From Octopus sinensis (lineage: Eukaryota), in NCBI RefSeq assembly GCF_006345805.1, contig NC_042998.1, forward strand, positions 124,682,001 through 124,746,000: a DNA stretch of 64,000 nt. The letters are read 5' to 3'. The notes under the pieces are model-generated. The model did not search any database and had not been told where the DNA came from. It worked only from the letters and a program-made list of their open reading frames with translations. Position numbers and translations under genes: made by a program. This document shows, piece after piece, positions 56,258 to 64,000 of the stretch; the stretch's first letter is position 1; each line of letters opens with the position of its first letter.

Positions 56258-56979
56258 TTTAAAACACTGTCTGGAGAAGGCACATTAGACAATGAACTTA
56301 GATGTATCTTCCAAAGAATATAAATTCTTCTTTAAATAAATAAGTGGTCACAAATAGAAAAAGTATGAGTTTCAGTATGAAACAGAGAGGATAGAAAGCT
56401 GACTAGAGGAAAAAGTATGAGAAAGGCAGAAGGAAAAGAAAAAAAGGAAAGAAGAATGAAATAGCTGAACACATGCTTAGAATAGGACAGAGAAACATTG
56501 CTAGCTAAAGTGATAGTGAGCGAGGGAGATGGTAAGAACGAGAGAGATGTAAAGGAGAAGAAAAGATCTGAATAAGCGATAGAAGTAGCGAACAACACAT
56601 ACTAATCAGTAATTTTAGTACCAATCGTTGAAAACTATTGTAGAGTTTTCATCAATAACTATTCGGAAAATCATCTATAGAAACATAGAGGTTGACAGAA
56701 TTGACATAATAGCTATTATTGAGTTTCTACTGTAAATAAAGCATAAATATTTCATGTGGAATTTGTTTCCATTCTTCTAGAAGATTCTGTGAAACCGTCC
56801 AGAATAAATCAGCCTGCAATGTCCCAACAGTTAACAATAACCAATTGTAATAAAAGGTCGACTGGTATGATACCCGTTTTATATTTTATTTCATATTACT
56901 TTCTTTAATATATCTATATAGTTTTCTATCAATCTATATACTTACCATATATCTATTGTGAACTGTCTATATATGCATG

Positions 56980-57052
<73 letters not shown>

Positions 57053-57270
57053 CATGTATGTATGTATGTATGTATGTATGTATATGTATGTATATATATG
57101 GGGGTGCATGCTGCACACACACATACACATATATACACACAAGCATATATATTTATATATAAATATATGTCTGTACATATATGTGTATATATATATATAT
57201 GCGCGCGCGCGCTCACACGTTTCATTGATTTCTTTAAGGTTTTAGCTTTACAAAGAAAGAAAAAGCTCTG

Positions 57271-57415
57271 TTAACGATTTCTATTGGAACTGAATTTAAT
57301 GTAATTCTAAATTCGATTGATTTTGGTAACTGTGAATTTTTGGCTGGTTATTCATAAGAGTTGCGATACCATTTTGATGTCCGCACTGAGAATTTAACCA
57401 CATGCATCAGAGTAG
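57271..57415 (+). repeat. Unclassified interspersed repeat (second copy at 60863-60993)
   Basis: Shared ttaacg...actgaatt...attcgattga...tgaattttt...ctggttattcata...tgcgatacca...ctgaga...ttaacc...catgcatca...agtag. Confidence 0.75.
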
Positions 57416-57908
57416 AAATTAGAAAGATACGATAAACGTGTTTATACGGTCGATTTATATTGGCTAATATATATATATGTCAAGTTACTAACTCTAGATT
57501 AATGCATATTTACGAAATGAATACCTTGCGATATTTAACTATGAATACAACTCACTTGGTAATGCTATTACTTTTTCTTTTGTATATAAATACATGCGTA
57601 CATACATGCTTGTATGTCAGTATGAATGCATGTAAGTAGACATATATGTATATGAGGTATATAAATGTGTATTTTTGTTTATCTGCACATGTATCGTTTT
57701 CTCTCGTTTATACTGCGAAAAACTTAATACCAAACAGAGGGTCAAATTTGCGAGATAGTACAACGAAAATAGATTAGAGGATAAAACATACAACTAATTT
57801 TGGAGTACAAAATCGGAGTTCATATATATTGACAAATTACAATATGTATGCAGGTACATATAAACACACACACAAATACACAAACACAGACACAGACTCA
57901 TACACACG

Positions 57909-57947
<39 letters not shown>

Positions 57948-58439
57948 ACAAGCATATACAGATATATATCGGCTTTGAAATTCGTTTTGCAAGAAGTGGG
58001 TGGAAACCAATATTGAAATATATATATATCAGAAATATCATACAAAGCTCATAAACACATATTTTCGATTATTTTTCCTTCTTTTCAAAAAACGTTGTTT
58101 GTCAATGTTTCCATCAAAACACTTTCATCACACTAATAGTTATACGTTTTCAAATGCTTTAAATTTTCAACTAATTTTATTATATCTGTTATCTTACATA
58201 TCTATATTATATCTGTTATCTTACATATCTATGGTAAGCGTGCGAGGTAATGATATATTATAGTATTAATATTAATTTATTTTGCATTCTTTTGTTGCTA
58301 CCAGCTTAAGAATACATATGTACATATGTTTCTTTTTTTATCTTAGCTGACTTTAGCTTTATTGCATCTTTATACTTGTATTATTCCTATGAATTAGGTT
58401 GTTGCTAGAGCTCCGAGTATTTTCTATATTGAAAGTGGG

Positions 58440-58760
58440 AGTTTCTACTTCCTATAATTTTATAGCCTCTAAAAGCTGTTGTGATGTTGAGTCATTTGAA
58501 TAACAGTAGTGATATTTTACTTCAAGATTTCCTATCAAGTAGTTTTGTGCTAACATTGCATGTTCATGAGAGTACGATGTTTGCTTCTTTTCATTATATT
58601 CTAGCTAGTGTTCTGTAATTCTTTCACGTTAACTGTGAACCGTCTCTCTGCTATACGGTGTAGTGGTGTCTCTACATCATATTTCTATGAATTTTATATC
58701 GTAGACACCTTTTCCTGTTTCTAGATAACATGAGGACTGGTTGTCCATATTCTGGAGTTG
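58440..58760 (-). pseudogene. GIY-YIG endonuclease relic of a Penelope-like element
   Basis: KGVYDIKF...CRD...YSRET (cf. GVYxIxC...YIGET), RFTVNVKEL, EHAML, LLEAIKL; stops and frameshifts present. Confidence 0.55.
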
Positions 58761-59149
58761 TCGTCATTGCAAAGTGTTTTCGTAAATTGGCTCGACTTAT
58801 TCTCTCATGACTTTATGACCCTGCTTAACGCCCTGATTATCGTTGGTTGTATCCGGAGAATTACATACAATGTATATTTTCTCAGTTAATATATAACCTT
58901 AAATATTTCACATGTTCCTTACTAGGTCTGCTATCAAGATATTTATTTTTGTATTTGTTGACATAGCACAGCTCTGGACGACCAGGTGGCTAGAGGCCGC
59001 CTGCTCATAAATGCAACGATTCAACCGAGGTTATCTGCTGATATATGCATTATCTCTTCGGAGTACATGCCAAAGCAAGCAAGTGGAACGTGACCCCTTA
59101 CCTATCTTTGTTTCTTAACGCTAAACCAAACAGTAAATATATGCATGTA

Positions 59150-60706
59150 TGCATGTATGTATGTTTATCATTGTTCAGTTTATTTCCAGATTTCTTGCTA
59201 ATAGAGAAGGAGCCGGTTTCTAACCTAAATACAAAGCTCTTTCAATGGAATTTTAACATCAACAACATGCTATTTTTGTATGCATGTATGTATGAATGTT
59301 TGTATGTATGTATGTATGTATGTATGTATGTATGTATGTATGTATGTATGTATGTATGTATGTATGTATGTATGTATGCTTGTACGCTCATATATATTTA
59401 AACGATAAACTTCTGGAAAGTTTTACAGATTTTGCGGTTCCAGGGATTGATTGGATCTGTAGTCTTCTAATTAGTTTTCTTCTTTCTGGTTTTGAGAAGC
59501 CTAATTTTTCAAGATCGGTATTTAGGCAGCGCGTTACATATCCCATGGTCCCAATAATTACAGCTATAAATCTGAACTTGTAATCTGGATAGACTAACTG
59601 CAAATTTGTAAATATTTCAGCGTAGGTGTTCTCTTTTTCACTGATCTCCAGCTTTAAGATAACGTCCGCTGGGCAGCTAATTTCTACCACTGTGCATAGT
59701 TTCTCTTCTCAATCCCAAATCATTATATCAGGTCTCGTGTGCTTACATTTTATTGAGGTCTTCACTGGGACATTCCACAAGTACCGTTTTATTATGAGTG
59801 GCCATGGCTTCTACCATATTATAAGTTCTTATTTCTTTGTCCCCGGGGTTATCCTTCAGACAGATTTCATTATAGAGTGTCCTAGCAACAAAATCATGTC
59901 TCATTGGTAGATAATACCGTGATGACATTTTCGGACACTTGCTTATGATGTGAGTGATATCTTCGGTGTTAGCTCCACAAAGTCCGTATCGCTTGTCACA
60001 TTTTACTCCCTTTCCTGTATTTTTATCCCATTTGTGCATCAGGTATTTGGTTGTTATTTCCTTTCCTGGATCGCAAACGCATACCTTTCAAAGTGGGAGG
60101 TAGTAATCCGGCTATTGGTCAATGTAAAATTGCTTTGATGATCGATGTTACTCTCACCTCGGAGCTTCCTACTAACACATCCACGCATAGTCCTTTGCTC
60201 ATACAGGGTCAGCCTTTCATGTAATGATACGTTGCAATAGAGTTATTAGACAAAGGTTATTAGACAAAGAATGTTGCTCAAAGCGCTACCTTCCAAGCCT
60301 TATGATGTTATCAGACTCATGTATGCAAACTTGGTTAAGGGATGCACTACGACACTTGGTGGTTAAAAGATGCTGTCGAAAGGATATGATGCGACATTCA
60401 AAGGTATTTTGGATCGATATTAAGCCTCTGCTGCCTTGTTTTCGTTATAGGTACAGGCGCTCTACGTCACTGTTTATGTGGAAATTATGTGTGATGGATA
60501 GAATCTTTTACATCAATGGCTCGGATCTCATCAAGCATCCAATCAAACAGCCCAAATGTTGGTATGAGTACTGGCACTACAAACACATTGTGGGCCACTG
60601 TGTTACTGAATGAAGAGAGTCTTGAGGTCTAAATTTTCTTTATTCGGCTGTAATATTCTTTAGTGACACTTGTTTTCTTACAGGTACCATTGTAGAATAT
60701 GCTTTC
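59150..60706 (-). mobile_element. RLE-LINE family B (R4/NeSL-like), fragmented, associated with (CATA)n
   Basis: ESIFYNGTCKKTSVTKEYYSRIKKI; TSHFERYAFAIQEREITTKYL; LCGANTEDITHIISKC (CCHC); HTRPDIMIWD...VVEISCPAD (RLE); 3' UTR with an internal (TATG)n. Confidence 0.85.
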
Positions 60707-61544
60707 ATGTATGTGTATGTATGTATGTATGTATGTATGTATGTATGTATGTATGTATGTATGTATGTATGTATGTACGTGAGTCTGTGCATGTGAATAT
60801 GGGTATATGTGCACAGAGTTCTCCATCAAATACTATTGAAAATCATAAAGCCGTAACTATACTTAACGTTTCTTTTGTGACTGAATTCAATACAGTTCCA
60901 GATTCGATTGAGCTTGATAACTATGAATTTTTGACTGGTTATTCATACGAGATGCGATACCATCTGAGAAATTAACCTCATGCATCACAGTAGTATAAAG
61001 ATGGAGAGGTGTTAAAGGCCTCTTACATCATGGCGGAAAGCATACAGCAAATGTTTAGGTGCTATGATACAATTCTGTTTCACACGATTTGTCACTGAAA
61101 ATTGTGCATATATATCTCCCAACTCTCTCCATAAACATATTATTACGATCTTGATGCATAATATGCACGAAAATAGATGGAGAATCACTTCTAGAAATGA
61201 TCATCTACAAACCCCTGCAAAGCATTGGATCAAAAGCCTTTGTAAAGCCAACAAAGGTTGTCTACATGACTTCATTCTGCTCTATATACTTCTCTTGGAT
61301 CTGTTTTAAAGCAGATTCACACACACACACACACACATACACACTCGCACACACACACACATATATATATACATATAAGTAATATTCGTAGCCACTTTAA
61401 AATGGTTGTCCGTTCGAGGATACTTTACTGAGATTTTTTAACCCCTTTTAACCCTAAGAAGACATCTCTTCTAGCTAGTTAACTATACACAGCTGCCTCC
61501 GATAAAATTGCGAGCAGGGGAGCGAAGCTCTACTATCTCCTAAT

Positions 61545-61612
61545 GACGAGACCAGTAGACCAGTCCTGGTTTCGAGCTATCTTTGCCACTCCTCAATACT
61601 GGACACCTCGTC
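61545..61612 (-). ncRNA. Type I hammerhead ribozyme, C3U variant, extended stem I with internal loop
   Basis: GACGAG-gtgt-CCAGTA-TTGAGGA-GtGGC-aaagata-GCTC-GAAA-CCA-ggac-TGG-TC-TACTGG-t-CTCGTC. 6+6 bp stem I, GUC triplet, predicted cleavage after C at 61558. Confidence 0.8.
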
Positions 61613-61644
61613 TGCTAGAGATGATAGCAATTCGCTTCTACATG

Positions 61645-61713
<69 letters not shown>

Positions 61714-62381
61714 CAAGCGAACACACAGTTGCCGATTTTGCAACAAGCAAAAGTGAAAGTATTTCGAAATGTGGGACACTACGTGACGAAAACAAACAAA
61801 AAAGGGAAGAAAATAGTAGTGCTTGTGTTCCAAAGGTTTCTATTAGAAAGCTCGGGAGAAGGATGGCAAGATGGGATAGAAGAGAAGAAAGATAGGAGAG
61901 AAAAGAATGAAAAGCGAAAAGGTAAACTGGGGATCTGAAGCGAGAGCTAGGCATGAGATGAAACAAAATATATGTCTTACCTATGCAATGGTCAAGTAGA
62001 AAACACATGAGTGATGAAAAAATTGGATGGTGTTTGGAAAAAGCGAGGAAATAGAGGCAGAGTGGACTAGAGAATTTGGGGAAGAGCAAGTAGGAAGAAA
62101 GGTGGAGTACGGAGAAAAAAAGGGATAAAGATAAACAGTGGGTAGTTGACAGAGATGGACAGAGGCAGAAATGGAAGGCAGTAAAGAGAGAAAGGCAGCA
62201 GATAGAAATAGTTGGGGAAAGTCTTGTGCACAAGAGGAGAGAGGAGAAGGACATAGAAATAAACAGAAAAAGAAAGTTTTGCACCAAATATTGAACACTG
62301 TGTGGAGTCCCACTGAGTGGGAATAGAAGTGGGGTGTGTGACATTACATTGACTAACAACTTTAAAATAATGCAGAAAGAC

Positions 62382-62413
<32 letters not shown>

Positions 62414-62439
62414 ACACACACACACACACACGTACACAC

Positions 62440-63960
62440 ACATATATAATGATGAAGGAAATTGTTGTGTACAGTGCTCAGATGCAATACAGCTGAGGAA
62501 AAGGTGTACCGTTTGCAGATTTCATGGAAATTTTAAAGGATGTGGTGTCTCGACAGCTAACAACTAATGCAGGCAGTTTATTCCATCCTTCAGCAATTCT
62601 GAATATGAAAAACATGTTTCTGAAAGTCATGGGTACTGTGTTGCGTTTTGATTTTATAAGCATGTCCGCGAGTGTTTGTCATACGTTGTTGGAAAGATGG
62701 TGGAAGATCTTGCGGGCGTCAACCAAGTCAGTTGCCAGCTTCAATTTAAAGTGTGGACGTAGCATTGTCATATACAATTTTAAATAGATAGCTGGAGAAA
62801 GTAGCTGACAAAGGTCTTACTGAGTGACGCTAGCACCGCCTCAGCCTTCTTGACTATCTTTGAGATGTGGTTTGTCCAACGCAGATCGTTGTTTACAATA
62901 ATGCCCAGATCACGTTCTCTAGAAGACTTCTTGAGATTGGTGTTGTTGAGGGAATGTGTTAAGGCTATGTAAAGGCTGGATTTTTCCTCCCAAAATGTAT
63001 GGTGATGCATTTTTCCACGGCTAGCTTGAGTTACAAGCCAGAGATCCATTGCTGCATTGTATCTAAGTCTGGTTGCAGGAAAGATCCATAGCGCATAGGA
63101 TCTGTTATTTTTATTTCGAGGTACAGCTTGATGTCATCTGCATATTTCAGCGCTGTAACATTCCTCAAATTGACATTTATGTCATTAATATATGCAACAA
63201 ACAGTAGAGGCTCAAGAACGGATCCCTTTGCTACAGCAGGGTGAAGAATGATGTCCTAGAAACGTAACTTCCGACCGAGAATGTAGGACTTCAGCTAGTT
63301 ATAGAGAGCATATTTCACGCCCATTGCAGAGAGTTTTACCATGAGTCATTTGTGTGGCAGAGAGTTGAAAGCTTTAGCACAATCAATGTAGAGAGCATCC
63401 ACTCATGAGCCGCCATCAGTAACTCGGGTGATGTCCTCAAGAAACTCGATGAAAAAAGCAGCTGGAGTTAGGGATAAAACCAAATTGGGAGGGTCGAATA
63501 AGGCTATGAGAGCTCCGAAAGTTCCAGAGTGTTTCTCTGACACAGAACTCCATAATTTTGGCAATGCAGCTAGTAGCTGACAGATGATGTGCGATCACCT
63601 TTTTGAACAGGGAAACGACACTGGCAAATTTCCAGTCTCTGGAGTGACACAGTTGTTAAGGCAGAATTGAAAAAAGGAAGAAAGCTGGTGCAATAGAAAG
63701 AACCCTCCGCGTTTGAGAAGTAAATAAACTCAGCAATAAACTCAGTGCATTCCTTAGCGTCATCAGTGGTCCGACCTGTGTGGGGATTGCGAAGAGAACC
63801 AACTGGGGAGTGAGGTCTCTGTTTTGAACGCACATATTTCCAGAACACTTTGCTGTCAGAGGTAGTTGCTGTACGTCGTTCAAACTGAAGCAGTGACTTT
63901 TTTGTGGCTTGAAAGGGTTGGATGATCTGTTTGCGTCTTCTTCTCTTCTCATCTATTCTA
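62440..63960 (-). mobile_element. CR1-like LINE, 5'-truncated RT pseudogene
   Basis: FWKYVRSKQ, YIDCAKAFNSLPH, GSVLEPLLFVAYINDI, YADDIKLY, ERDLGIIVNNDLRWTNHI, FRIAEGWNKLP. Confidence 0.9.
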
Positions 63961-64000
63961 TGCTGTCTGTATTTCTGTTTAGCATAACGGCGATCTTTCC

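Noticed and set aside
61577-62443. 288 aa minus ORF (longest in track)
   Set aside because: Low-complexity L/S/F sequence from a pyrimidine-rich tract plus microsatellites; no domain recognised.

Overview
AT-rich, microsatellite-saturated animal DNA. The tRNA-derived SINE families and repeat landscape point to an octopus genome (inference). I recognise no intact host gene; almost all long ORFs in the track are translations of (AT)n, (CA)n, (TATG)n or (TAA)n repeats, or antisense frames of dead transposons. The window is a transposon graveyard: two SINE families, RLE-type (R4/Dong-like) LINE fragments abutting (TAA)n or (CATA)n tracts, CR1/L2-like and RTE-like LINE relics, several Tc1/mariner relics and MITEs, an internally deleted hAT element and a Penelope-type GIY-YIG relic. 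The main discovery is a set of type I hammerhead-ribozyme (HHR) motifs of unrelated sequence, folded by eye, at 780-853 (+), 27005-27055 (-), 49479-49537 (-) and 61545-61612 (-). Weaker ones lie at 27406-27457 (+) and 15220-15274 (+), and a multicopy family carries an A6U core variant. Two of the strong HHRs sit in ~475-485 bp partial tandem repeats embedded in (AT)n, the architecture expected of Penelope pseudo-LTRs or retrozyme-like non-coding retroelements. Boundaries of degenerate elements are approximate.
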